Origin: Nymphaea colorata
Lineage: Eukaryota
Direction: 5' to 3'
Length of the DNA stretch: 64,000 nucleotides
Assembly: GCF_008831285.2 (NCBI RefSeq)
Contig: NC_045138.2
Span: 15,190,001-15,254,000 of the forward strand
Below are positions 37,756 to 51,013 of this stretch, one piece after another. Numbering within the stretch: position 1 is the first letter of the stretch; each line of letters starts with the position of its first letter. The notes under the pieces were generated by a model. The model did not search any database and was not told the origin of the DNA. It worked only from the letters and a program-made list of their open reading frames with translations. The position numbers and the translations under genes are program-made.

Positions 37756-39645
37756 GCAGGTTGCCAACGGAGCTAAGAAAGAAAAAAGTTTGCCATAAAA
37801 GTCTTTGGTCTGATTGTTTATATATTGTCATATATGTTCACAACTTCATGCGTTCAGATGTGTGTTGCCCAAGCTGCTGCGCCACATATTTAAGTAGTAA
37901 TTCATTTAATATTTGTATAATGACAAGGAAATCACCATAGAGAGAAGGAAAAAAAAGGAGGAGGAGGTCGTGCATCTTTGTTAACGCTCCTAATTTATTT
38001 TTCTTTTTACGCCATTAATATAGATGTCATGAACCAAGTCGATCTAAGTTTTAGAGTTACAATTGATTATATCAACTTGTAAGGATGACATTAAATTGAC
38101 ATGTCACTATATGATCACGTATATGATAGAGATGAAGGACCTGCCTTGTATATTTTAGGGCAATTTTCATTTATAGGCTAATTTTTTGCCTATAATTTGA
38201 GAAAGTTACTACTTACTATGATTTTCCTAAATGAGAGGTTATGACAACAATCCAATCAAAGCTTCAAGTAATTTTTTTGTTAAACTTAAAAACAGAAAGG
38301 GTTAGCTATAATCTTCTTAAGCAAACTTTTGTGAACCTAAAAAACAGAAAAAATTAGCCGCATTTTTTGTTTCGATATTACATATTATTACAAAAGGTTA
38401 CGTTCTTACTTTTCTAGCAAACATGTCCATTTCTCAGGCCAAAGAAGTTTTACTTTGAGACCTGACTTTACAGATTTTATGAAAGGTATGTACACTTATT
38501 ATGAAAATTGAAGAAAGCGTTTCATTTTTTGAATTTTAAGCAAAACATAGGCCTTAATTAAATGAAAATTTATTTTATTTTTTTCATCATTGTCAGACCT
38601 TATCTCTTTCCTTCGACTTCGGCGTGAAGAGTTATGTTTTTCTTCGTTAGTTAAAACAACAATTATCATTACTTTAGAATGCACCATTTTTCCTTCTTTC
38701 AAGACACACACATATATGTATATATATGCACACCTAATTTCAAAGTTATATGCTTTTTTTTATAAATATATCTGTTGAGCTATATATTGAAAATATAAAC
38801 GCATAAATTAATTTATAGAAAATTCGATTTCGTGACAATTGACTTGCATCTATTTGTTTGTTGGACATATATAAAGAAAGGGAGTGAGAGAGAGCATTGT
38901 GACCGTCGAGTGCTAATATGGACATTGTCTAACTTGGTTGGTGCAGGGTCCATGATAATAAGAAGTTTATACATTTCCGGTTTTAGTGTAAATTCTAAAA
39001 AACAACAGAATCCAAACCAGGCATGAAATCGACGCACCAACAACACACTATATCTCGATATTAACTAAAAAATAATTAACTTTCTTTATTTTATATACTA
39101 ATAAAAAATTAATGTCTTGGTAACATGCCAATAGCCTCCTCAAACGAGCTATTTTTTTTCAGAAACTAGAATTATTTTAAAAGATTGTATATATTTCTTC
39201 CAATTTAAGTGAAATAGCTGTGAAATTGTCCTATTTAGTATTTGACCGAAGACGTTGGAGCCGAAGAGAAGAGGAAGCATCGCTTCCCACTCCCGCGCAC
39301 GATCCCGCGCGCAGCACCAACACAACACGACTTCCCGGCAGTTGACAAGCCCGTTGGGCCACCTCGAAAGACCGAAGTAGCCCTCACCTGCTCATGCGCA
39401 GGTCTTGTTCAGTCGCCCAAGAATACAGTTCTTGTTTGTACAATTTCGTAAAGAATTACCGACTTTGAATCTTTCCATGATGGACCTCCACACCGCCACC
39501 GGCGCCATTTTTTTTTTCGTCTCCTGGTGTTTCTTTTTCCCTCTTGTTTCCTTGCGGGTTCGCCTGAGCCTGGAGGGGGATTGGTCGACGGAGGAGAGCG
39601 GCGGAGAAGGAGGAGAGCAGCGGGCTAGACGGCGGAGAAGAAGAG

Positions 39646-42600
39646 ATGAGCTCCCCCGTCGTCCTCGACAGCCTCAGGGAGCGGGCGGCCTTCATGAGGG
39701 AGAGCTTGCAGAAGAGCCAGGCCGTCACGGAAAGCATGGTTACCATTCTCGGCTCCTTCGATCATCGGCTCTCGGCCCTCGAGTCTGATATGCGGCCGAT
39801 GCAGGTGCGTCGTGGCGTTCGTCTTGGATTTCGCTGGTTTATTGCAGGAACGTTCAGGATTTCATGTTCTTCTTTGTTTCATTGAATTCGATCGGTTCTT
39901 TGCTTTTCAGTTGAATACGTATCGGTGATAATTTTGTCGATTTTACCTCACGCGAACTATTGAACTATTCTTGTTATTTTTTGGCTCTGATTGTAGGTGA
40001 AGACGCACGCTATAAGGAGAGCGCACGAGAACATCGTTAAGTCCATGCAGTCCGCAGATGTTATTCTGGCTCAATTCGATGTCTGCAGGAAGGTCCTTGT
40101 TTCTTCCTTTGCCTTTTCTAATTCTGCGTTTTCCCTTACTCCGGTTTTTCTGTCTTGCGATTTCTGTTATCCAATTTCGATGGTTGCGTCTACGTCAATG
40201 TTAAACGAGTTTCATGTCAGAGGAACTTCTGATGAAGAGCAAATGCTCTTCGTTGATCACTCTAATTTTTCATCAATTTCTGGACCAAACTGTGTGATCT
40301 GTAATGTGCTGGATTTTCTTTATAGTTGTCAGGAATTCAAAGTGCTTGGTCATCTCAAGTTACAGCAACTCTCGTTTTTCCCTAAAAATCATCGACGGGA
40401 CTTTGAATCTTTCATCGAGAAGCATTACTTGTTTCAGCAAGTTGCTGGAGTTGAGACCTGGGAGTTGCTTCCTGTTTCCGTGCATTGTTATGTAAAACCT
40501 GTCAAGATATTTTAGAAGTAAAATTTCGTAGTCACTGTTGAAATTCCATTCCCGATCTTTGAATGAAACATCTATTTGCCTCAGTTGCATCCTTCGTTAC
40601 CGTGTCGCTGTAGGCCACACTGTTTTGACTTGCTTCTTTGTTGGACCATGTCGCATAATAAGTTTGTTTTGAAAAAACATACCTTGTTAGACTCTTCCAG
40701 AAGCAGGAAACTGATTATCTTTGAGCTCTAACGTGCTCTTGTTTTATGAAAATGGCAGGCAGAACTTAAAATAATGAAGGGACTGAATGGGGATTATAGA
40801 GGATTCATGGAGGCAGTGAACCAGTTGAAAAATGTTCGCCAGTACTTCAGCTCTAACAGAAGCATGGGAAATTGTGATGCTGTCCTTAATTATTTGGATG
40901 GTTTAATAGCTACAGCCATTCAGAAGCTTGGAGAGGATTTTAAACAGCTGCTGTTTTCTTATAGGTGTGTGTAATTACAAACACTGGATTTGGTTTGCCT
41001 AGCGTTTCTGTTCTGCTTCACTTTCGTTTCTATTTTTCTGAATAACCACATATCACTAGTTACCTCTATGTGATCTTCTTCTGCATGAGGTCCAAGGCTT
41101 GTGCGTTAGTTAATGACACTGAACACAAAGTGTCATTTACATACCAAAGGTTCTTTATTGTGGCCTACGGACATCACTTTATTCTCCTACTTTTAATGTT
41201 TATCGAGCGTGATAGAGCCAACTACAATTCCACCAGGTCTTTCATCAGCAGAAATCTTTTAGAAACTGTTCCTCTATCCATTTATGCTTTCACTTTAGAT
41301 TTTTTCTGCATATGCTACTTGAAAAGGTCATAATCATGCATGGCCATAAAATCTTCATAGTTCCTCTTTACTTTTTTGCTTTAATGTTCAGTACTCATTT
41401 AAGTAACTCTTGATTGTATATATCTGTTTATTGTTTTTTTTACTTGTCTTTGCACAATATTTTTCTAGTTTGTAGAGCTTATAGTTGCATTCTGAAATTA
41501 TGTTCCTTCTGTAATTTCAGCAAGGTTGTTGAGCCTGATCTTCTGTTTAAGTGCCTTCCGGACTCTATGCAGCCATCACCAGGATCACCAGGGCCACATG
41601 GTAAGAAAACACACAATGGTAACCATACAGAAGTGAAGGGTACAGAGGCGACAGTTCATGCACTCCCAACACTTGTCCCATCTAAAGCAGTGCTAGTACT
41701 GCATCAGTTGGCAGAAAAAATGGTACAAGAAGGCCACCAGCAGCAATGCATAAAAATCTTCAGGTAATCCAGTTTGCCTTGTCAGTCACTCAGCATTTCT
41801 AAATTGAATCTTATAATCAAGGGTCTTTAGCTATGCGATCCCTAATCAGGACTCAGCCAGGATGAAAATGACTCCAACAGCTTTTAGCTTTTAATTTGTA
41901 AAATATCAAATTGGTTCCTTTAACTAAAGAAATTTGTGCTTAATGTATAAATGTCACAATATTCAACTTTGTAAATTGATAAAAGGAATCATTGCCTGAT
42001 ATCTAGGCATCAGAATCTCCCAGTTGCAAGATATGGATATGATAGGCTTTTGGTGTAATTTAACTGGTACAGATGTATACAATCAACAGAAATTACTAAC
42101 TTTAGAGTTTAGACTCTCTGTTTCAGTGCATGCACTCATGAAATGAGAACCTCATGAATGCTAATAAACTGATTAGTCTGAGGTGTCCGGTTACACTTAC
42201 TAACTGAAGGATACTTGTGGAAATGACTACTTTCCCAACATTGCTACTATAGAAATCCAATCAAAGTGCAACTAAAATTGCTGGCCTGTGAATACATGGA
42301 CTGCAAGACATAAATGTAAATGCTGGTGGCTCTGCTGGGAGGGAAGTGAAGTGAAAGTTTGTGACTTTAACTTGGTAAATATTGTTAAGGAAGGATAATG
42401 ACGTGAATATCTAAAATAGTGAAGAACAAAAACTGGAACAGCTGGGATGCAAGTAGTGAAAATGAACAAGGTAGCACGTTGTTCATGCCCAAATAGAACG
42501 TGCTGCTTTCTGTAGGTTCTCCATACAACAAACAGCTAAAAAGTGAGGGGTAAATAGCATTCCTGGTTGGCTAATTGGCTTTGACAAGTAAAAGCAATCC

Positions 42601-45600
42601 AGTTGACCTGAATTCGACACATGATTGCAGTATAATCCCAGCTAGGGTAATCCAACTTATCTCCACAGCAGATCCAGTAATTGCATGGCCATGTTAGGTG
42701 CTATACACAACCAGACAAACATGTTTGGACATTCAGGATAACAAAGTGCACAAGCAGTAGGATCTTTAACATGTTTGGATCTGTGTCTTGACACCTTAAG
42801 TTATCAAAGAATGCCTTTTATTCTTAATTAGTTAACTAAGTAAAAACATGCTATGGTTTTGTTACTATTGGTGGCTAAATTTGGGACATTCTCGTCTTTA
42901 ATTATAAACATCAGGGAAGAATCTGAGATGAATATTGTATATTAGTGTAGAGATTTTTATAGCTTTAGTAGCCTATGATCTTCTCATATTGTATCAGAGC
43001 ATATGGCTGTGTGTGTGTGGCATGCAGGACATAAGCTGTGGAATACGTACACATGCACATCCATGCACATAATTGTAGAGCATATGAGTGCGTGTTCTGT
43101 GTGTGTGAATGTGTGGCTGAGTGGAACAAGTAAGGGAAGAGGTATAATGGTGTGATGAGAAACAAGAATAAAGACTAAATTGCATCCACATGTTCAACTA
43201 TCCCATATATTGTCTTACACTTATTGACCTTTTCCGTTGTCTTTGTGACAGCGTTTTTAAGTATTCCTTTTGTTTGTGTTATCCAACCACAGTAGATAGT
43301 ACCATTTGCTGCTACCTTATTGCCTGAAGATGTTCAGCAGTACTCATACCTATGGTGAATTCTATTGGTCATCTAGGGATTGCCGTGCTACAGCTCTAGA
43401 GCAAACCCTTCGGAAGCTAGGTGTAGAAAGACTAAGTAGAGATGAAGTTCATAGGTTGCAATGGGAAGTTTTGGAGGCTAAAATCGGAAACTGGATTCAT
43501 TTCATGCGCATTGCTGTAAGTCACTTTGAACTCTTTCCTTTTGGAAAACTGTTTTCAGTACAACTTACTGAATCTTTTTGAAACAGGTCAAAATACTGTT
43601 TGCTGGGGAACGAAAAGTCTGCGATCAGATGTTTGAAGGCATGAATGATCTCAAGGATCAGTGCTTTGCAGCAGTGATTGCAAATAGTTTCTCTATGCTT
43701 CTTACTTTTGGAGATGCTATTGCAAAAATCAATAGGACACCTGAGAAGTTGTTTGTACTCATGGACATGTATGAAGCAATGCGTGAACTTCGGCCAGATG
43801 TACGTTGATTTTAATGCTTTGCTAATCTTATTGTTAACCATTGGCTACTTGACATTTTTATTTATGACACTATGTTTAGTTGTTTGTACTGGAGATACTT
43901 GAGTAAATTTTCTAGTGCTTCTTAGAATGGCTAGGGAGAAGTGTATTTGTGCAGGTAAAATCAGAGTATTTGTGTCATCTGAGGCTGAGCAGTATTCTCT
44001 TTTTTTCATTTATGGATTCTTATCTAGTTGTTATGATAATCTAGCCCGGAGTTTTCTCCAAATCATTTATTTTTTGAAGAAAGTGAAATTTGATTTGCAT
44101 GTTTAATCCAAACTGCATTGTTATCATCTTTGGAACAGTAAAAGGCAATCAAGTTCGATGGATGGCAGTCAATCATTTTACTTACTTTGACTTATGAACA
44201 TTTAAAGGTTAGAATAACTTTTCATTTGATTGACAATAGTTGGTCAGTTTTAGCCAAACGTTTTGCCATTGTATATGCAAATAAAATATTATGAAAAATG
44301 AATCAAGCTAATACCACCTTGGCACTTGGCAGAAGCATAAAGCTTGACGTAAGTACAGGCAGTTTCCTCCATCAGATGATGATTACATTTCAGATTGTCC
44401 TATGAAATACATTCTGTAGTAAGGTTCTCAATTTGTACAGATTATAATCATGCCACTTCTCTATTGTTTGTTCTTGAAAGCTTATTTTACATATTAAAAC
44501 CTGCTTGCTCACCTAACTGCTTTAGAGGTTCTTGCCGGTCATTATTTACAAAGATTCCTCAAATCAGGTTATGCATTTTCCTGAATGCATAATTGAAATG
44601 GCACGGTAGAGCTTAAATGATAAAGTAGTATCACACGAATAGATGAGCCTCTGGTCAATTTTGCAGGCTTATGCAGAGACCACTTAACAAGCTAAACATG
44701 CTGTTGAGGTTTTCCACAAAAGTATGCTTAACAGTAGTTGATTTGTTATGTCATTGCTGTACACCAAAACTTGATGTTCACCCATCTGCTTCAGCGGGTT
44801 ACATGTATTTGTTGATTACAAGGATTTCTGTAATTTCATGGTCTTGTTGCCAGATTGAGGTGATGTTTGAAGGCAAAATATGTGCTGAGATGCATACTTT
44901 AGCATCAAGTTTATCCAAACGCTTGGCACAGACAGCCCATGGAATTTTTGGTGATTTTGTAGAAGCAGTTGAGAAAGATGCCACGAGAACAGTTGTTCCA
45001 GATGGTTCAGTTCATCCACTGACCAGTTACGTCATTAATTATGTGAAGTTTCTATTTGAGTAAGTTCACACACTTTAATTTACTTTATTGTGTAAAATAT
45101 CTCCCCATGTTTGTATTTTCCCTTTCATATTTTGCTGTTTCTGCTATTAGCTGTACCTGGTTTTGGGTTGATTTGGGATGTTTCAACTGTTGCCTAGATA
45201 ATTCGTGAAATTGATTCATCATACTTGATATTACATTCTGTAGTTCAAAACTGGGGAACCTAAGGCACATCAGGTTATCTAATAAATTTTGAAAGAGTGG
45301 AATCGAGCAATACTTTCAAAATGTTTGAGTTGCTTGATAGTGAAAACATGATATTGGATCAGCCTTGCTTTTGCTTTTGGATGTAATAACTTCGTTGAAT
45401 TAAAGAACATCAAAGGTCCAACTATTAAATCGTAAGAAATAAATAACCACCACAGCAAAGGCTTCCAGGCAATTAATCTATAATGCAAAGCCAAAACTAA
45501 ATCAAACAAACATGAATGAAAAAGGATTTTGCAGAGCATGACAAAGTTGCCCAGGTGATGGAGTTGTAGCTTTAACTAAAAAGCTTACTGCTTTCTCTAT

Positions 45601-48600
45601 TACTACAATAACCATATCATGAAGTTCAAAAAGGGAAATGAAACAAATAAATGAAAGTTGAGAGCCTGCAGCACATGAAGAACAATGAAGCTACCTTCTT
45701 TCTTCTATCCTTCTATTTTTTAAAGAAGAGCACTTACAGTTTTTTCATTATCTAAATACAACCGCCATTTCTAGCATGATTTGTCAGTATAGTTAACAAT
45801 TCAACACTTACAACATCTTAGAATTGAACTTATATTTACCAAGAAAATAAATACAAAATTTATAACAAAGTATAAATGTCTTTGTTTGTATATGGTGCTG
45901 TACGTATGGCTTAGATTACTGTGATGATCATAGTAAGCAATTTTTTGCAGCTACCAGGCTACATTGAAGCAGCTTTTTGAAGAAATTAATAACAGTGACA
46001 AACCTAGATCCCAGTTGGCATCTGTGGCAATGCAGATAATGTCTTCTCTTCAAACAAATCTGGATGGAAAGTCTAAGCAATACAGGGATCCTGCATTAGC
46101 AGAAATCTTTCTTATGAATAATGTTCACTATATAGTCAGATCTGTTCGCAGGTACAATAGTTTTCTAAATATTAAAAGCAAAACAAATTGGGACGTTATC
46201 ATCAATGAATATCAAACTTTTCAGGTCAGAAGCAAAGGACTTATTGGGTGATGATTGGGTACAAAGGCATCGAAAGATAGTGCAACAACATGCAAACGTT
46301 TATAAAAGGATTACTTGGAAAAAGGTGTGGTTTTCATCTTTCATATATAGCTTCTCAGCCTTTGACAGTTTTATGTGCTTGAATTTCATTTATTATCAAT
46401 TATTGATAAAATTATGATTCAGGTCCTGTATATATTCATACTTTGTCGGAGAAACTCTTCAGTAAACCTGGCACTTTTAGTTCATTTATTTTTCCAACTT
46501 TTGTTTTCCACAGCGAGGAACCTATGATTATACATGTTAGTTTTTCCATCCTGCGAAGGCTTGTTCAACATTAATTTTTTCTTTCTTTAAGTGACTCCAA
46601 ATGGCCATGTCCTGTAACATAGGTGTTACAATCTTGATTTTTACATTAGGCTTTTAAAATATGGATTTTCCACATGTATATTTTATAGTTTAGGTTCGGG
46701 AAGCATTATAACTCCACAAACTTTCCTTTCAAATTTCTATCCTGCAATATCTTTTGTAGTCTATGCCGAGGAGGGTGTCTCTCTCTGCAGCTAGTAGGGC
46801 AACGGGTCAAGCAAGACTTGTATAAGCTCGACCAGAGTTTGACTTGTTTCATAAACAAGCAAGCTTGAGACTACACTCAAATTCAAGCCATTAATTGAGT
46901 CGAGTTCAAGTTGCATGATTATACTCGATTAAACTGATGTCTCGACACTGTAAAAGTAATGTATGTAAAGTTTTGAACCCCTTTAGTCAGAAGGTGAATA
47001 GTGGCTTAGTGGTGGTCTTTGCTTTCTTGCAATGGGTATAGGTTCTATTCCCAGTGTTGTCAACGTCTTTCGCATACTGTAAATGAGTTTTCATTCAAAA
47101 TCAGCTTAAGCTTAGGTAGGCCAAGCTTGAGCTGTATTCGAGCTTGAGGAAGCCGAACCAAGTTGAGCTTGTCTACAATTTGAGCTCGGACCTAGCTTGA
47201 GTCAAATAGAATTTAGTCATGCAGAGTTTGAGCAGCCCCAGTTTAGCTTGGACATGGCTCCTCTGATCACCTATTCACAGCAGATGTTCTGCTTAATGTT
47301 TGTGAAGTAAAACATTACTGCTGTTACTATCCCTTATATTATAGTGCTTAAGTGTACCTGAAGAAAGTGTAGGGGAAACCCAAAAGCTGAAGATCAACTA
47401 GACAACTTAGACCATGTTAGTGTTCATGAGCGGGAGTTAAGTCAACCTCCAGTGGTACCTTCTTTTCTTCTGTTTCTAGGTTTAGAAGTTAAAGATCAAT
47501 AATGTTAGCTTCACTTAATGCCAAATAATTACCAAAATCAAAATCTATAGCATGGTGTTGAGGTTTACTACACAATCAAATCAGGTAAATTACATAAACA
47601 CCATTCACAAGATATCAAATCTGTCGGTGTGCATCTCTCTCTTTAATGCCTATGTGCTCCTATTTTTGGTTGACTTGTATTTGTAATTATCCACCTCCAG
47701 TTGTATAAAAGTTTCAATATTCATGGCCATGTAAATTAGATATTAAATAGAATGAATTACTATCCATGTTTCTGTTGCGGCAGAAAAATTGTGGTGATTC
47801 CATGGACATACAAAAATAAAAAAAGAGAGGAAAAAGACTGAATTGGATGAGTTATCTGGATCTCGTCACTATGATAAACAGAATGAATTACTATCCATGT
47901 TTCTGTTGCGGCAGAAAAATTGTGGTGATTCCATGGACATACGAAAATAAAAAAAAAAAGAAGGAAAAAGACTGAATTGGATGAGTTATCTGGATGTCGT
48001 CACTATGATAAACAAGGAGATCCAAGTTTGAGTCCCGTTGTTCGTTCCCAGGCTGCCTGTCAGGAAAAGAGAAAAAAGGATGGCAAAGGTAAAAGCTGAT
48101 ACCATGTAATGGGAAAAGCATATAGATGCAGTGTTATGAATTCTCCTTGCCGTTTTCTACATATTATGCTCTATTATGCATTATACATACGGTTTGGTTG
48201 GAATAGCTCTCCCATAACAGTACTAATTACATTTGATCTGGATACAATTTTGTTATTCTGGCAGTTATCTGCCTGTTTTAGGTCAGAAGGCGAGAAGTAC
48301 AGCTACTAAACTGGCATCATATGTTTGCTTCAAAATACTGATGGCATTTTTATGGCATGCTAATAATTAAGTAAATGAACTAAGTGTCTGAAGTTCACTG
48401 CGCTTGAACAAGTTATAACTAGGTGGAGTTGTTTTAATTAACCATTACCTTGTTCCATATGTTCCAGATTATACAGAGCTTGTCTGTTCAAGGTTTGGGT
48501 TCGTTAGGCAGCAGTAGTGGAGGGGGATCAGATGGTGCAAACAGTAGTGGAGTTACACGGACAATGGTGAAAGAGAGGTGAAATGAGCAGTTTATTGAAT

Positions 48601-49089
48601 ATGCCCTTGCTGCTGCTATGCTTCTCAAAGCTATCCTTTTCACTCGATTGACATGCCTGATTTTTGTTGACACCAGGTTTAAGATCTTCAATTCAATGTT
48701 TGAAGAGCTCCATCAACGACAAACTCACTGGAGTGTGCCAGAGAGCGAGCTTCGTGAATCTCTCAGGCTTGCGGTCATAGAAATCCTGTTACCTGCGTAC
48801 AGATCCTTCATCAAACGTCTTGCGTTAGTAATTGATGTCACAACCTTTATTTTTTTTGCGGTAGCTATTTTCTCGAATATAATTTTGCAACGGTCAGCAA
48901 CATGAATCGGTTCAAATAGACTGTTGACGGCGGCGCATGTTTTTTTAATATTTCCTCCTGTTCACAGTGTTTTTTGCTTGCAGCCCGATCATTGAGAATG
49001 GAAAAGATGCTCAGAAGTGCATGAGGTATACGCCCGAAGACCTTGAGTCCATGCTCAATGATTTTTTTGAGGGTAAAGCATCGAGTTAA
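39646..49089 (+). CDS. EXO70A1: Exocyst complex subunit EXO70A (EXO70A1-like); about 641 aa, 12 exons
   Basis: Exons: 39646-39804, 39997-40092, 40759-40964, 41521-41763, 43377-43515, 43587-43799, 44854-45059, 45951-46151, 46225-46324, 48468-48577, 48677-48823, 48984-49089 (1926 nt, in frame). Motifs include [120 protein letters not shown] and LRESLRLAVIEILLPAYRSF. The multi-exon structure is typical of the EXO70A clade. Confidence 0.92.
46792..47273. mobile_element. Degenerate hAT-like MITE (GAGCTTGAG/CTCGA subterminal repeats) in EXO70 intron 9, with an internal tRNA-like A-box/B-box
   Basis: TAG...CACCTA ends and many AGCTTGAG/TCGAG motifs. TGGCTTAGTGG at 47002-47012 and GGTTCTATTCC at 47041-47051. 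Confidence 0.45.
47750..48014. repeat. Near-identical tandem duplication, period about 131 bp, in EXO70 intron 9
   Basis: GAATGAATTACTATCCATGTTTCTGTTGCGGCAGAAAAATTGTGGTG...GTCACTATGATAAACA at 47750 and 47881. Confidence 0.93.
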
Positions 49090-50954
49090 TCAATGAGATG
49101 GGAGTGGTGAGTGGGTTTTCTAACTGCAGCAAGGTATTTAGTATCCCTGCTCCGCGTTCTAGTGTCTTGTGTTCTTTAAATATTTGCTCATTCTTTTTGT
49201 GCTAAAATAACGTGAGTGCATAGATTCTCAGTAATATACCCCTCGTGCTCAGTTTTCTGCGACACACACTCTGTCTCTTCGTTTGCAGATCAATTCTAGT
49301 AGGATTTTACTCTTTCCAATCGTTGAAGTTGAGCTAGCCATTTCGAAATTGCTCTTGTATTCATGAATTGCGAACCATTGCCTTTGCTTAACTAACTCAA
49401 GTTTTGTAGGTCATAACGTATTGAAGTTGATTATGCTTGCTGGCATGCTACATAAATCGAAGTACAGTAGTTAGATTTAACACTTGATGCCTAAATAAAT
49501 GCAACGAAAGATGGATTATGCTAGTAATTTTGCTTTATGTAGACTGATAAATATGCATCTTATGGCCTAATCAGGAATAAGTAATTTTCCTACAAGTATA
49601 CCTATTATTTATTTTTCAAGTACGACAGTGTTTTTTTTCAAGAGACAGTATGTTTTTTTTAAGATGTCACAAGGCTCATATGGCACTGAATCTCACGGGC
49701 ATAAGCTTCGTGCTTTTCTTTTAATATATTTCGACCAAAGTATTTTGGTTTAAATATTTCAGCTTTTTATATGGAAATGTTGCCAGATGGTTAAAAAAAA
49801 AAAATCTTTCGTTAAAAGAACTATGAATTATTGCTTAAAACACTATGAATCGTTGGCATGTCATAAATTATGACTCTTTTTTAGCGATAGTTTTTATTTT
49901 TCAGTCATTTGGCAATATCTAGCACACAACAACATAAAACTAGCCCACGTGTGTGTAAAATTTCTCATAATTATTGCCTGTTCACGACAGTTTGTTCAGC
50001 CAGTTTTAGGTGCATTTTGAAATCCAACCAAATAGATATGAGTCTCTGAGTCTCTGACATGTCTATACTTTTAAGAGAGCCACTAAAAAAAATGTGTAGA
50101 CTGAAACCCATGGTTTTGTACATTGAAATTAGAACATAAAATTATTTTGACGATTTTTATTCAGGCATATAAATTTATATTCTGACTTAATATATAAAGT
50201 CAGTCTTTTGAAAAATGGTTGGTACTGGATGACCAAACCCATGCAATATATATCTATGGAAAATATGAAAAATATAAAAATATAAAAGTTACAAAAATCT
50301 GATATTTGCATACTGTAATTCGAATTGCGAAAGTTAACACCGTTAATTCTGAAATCTATCTCATAGTTTATTTTTCACAGCAGTATGAATTTTATGAATA
50401 TAGATATTTTGTCTTCATCTATTCTGTTGGATTTATAAAAAAAAAAACCACTCTGAGTACTAACCGGCCGGTAAGGCTTAGGTATTAGTTGGATCTTATG
50501 TAATCAGATTCAGGGGTTCAAAATCTATTTTTTAAAACTGAATGTGGACGCAAATAGCGTAAGATCCAACATTCATATGTAGTTGGGTTTCAGATATTTA
50601 TGGCACCGTACTTCATTATCCCCTACAGATTCGATTATAAAACTGCACAGGGACTTGCATCTGATATTCAGTAATCTGCTTCAGATTTCTTGGCTAGATC
50701 TGATTAAGCAGACCCAAAATTGAATAGGTAATTGGATATATTTAATTCATATACATGTCTAAGTAGTAGGAACATAAAAGCGAGAGACAATATGTAGAAT
50801 CAGCCTCAAAATGGAATGGATTTTGAAGGCTTCTTCCCTTCCGTAGGATTCCCCAATCCTAGGGTGGAGACAATGGTTGTGGAGTAGAAAATATAAAAAG
50901 AATAAAAAGAGAGAAAATAGGTGAGAAAGGGAAAAGAAGGGTTGTAAAAATTAT

Positions 50955-50956
<2 letters not shown>

Positions 50957-51011
<55 letters not shown>
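50957..51011. repeat. (AT)n microsatellite
   Basis: Directly visible in the sequence. Confidence 0.95.

Positions 51012-51013
<2 letters not shown>

Noticed and set aside
39477..39788. Long out-of-frame ORF (MMDLHTATG...) overlapping the EXO70 start
   Set aside because: Its AUGs probably lie at or upstream of the TSS; it cannot be supported as a uORF without 5' end data.
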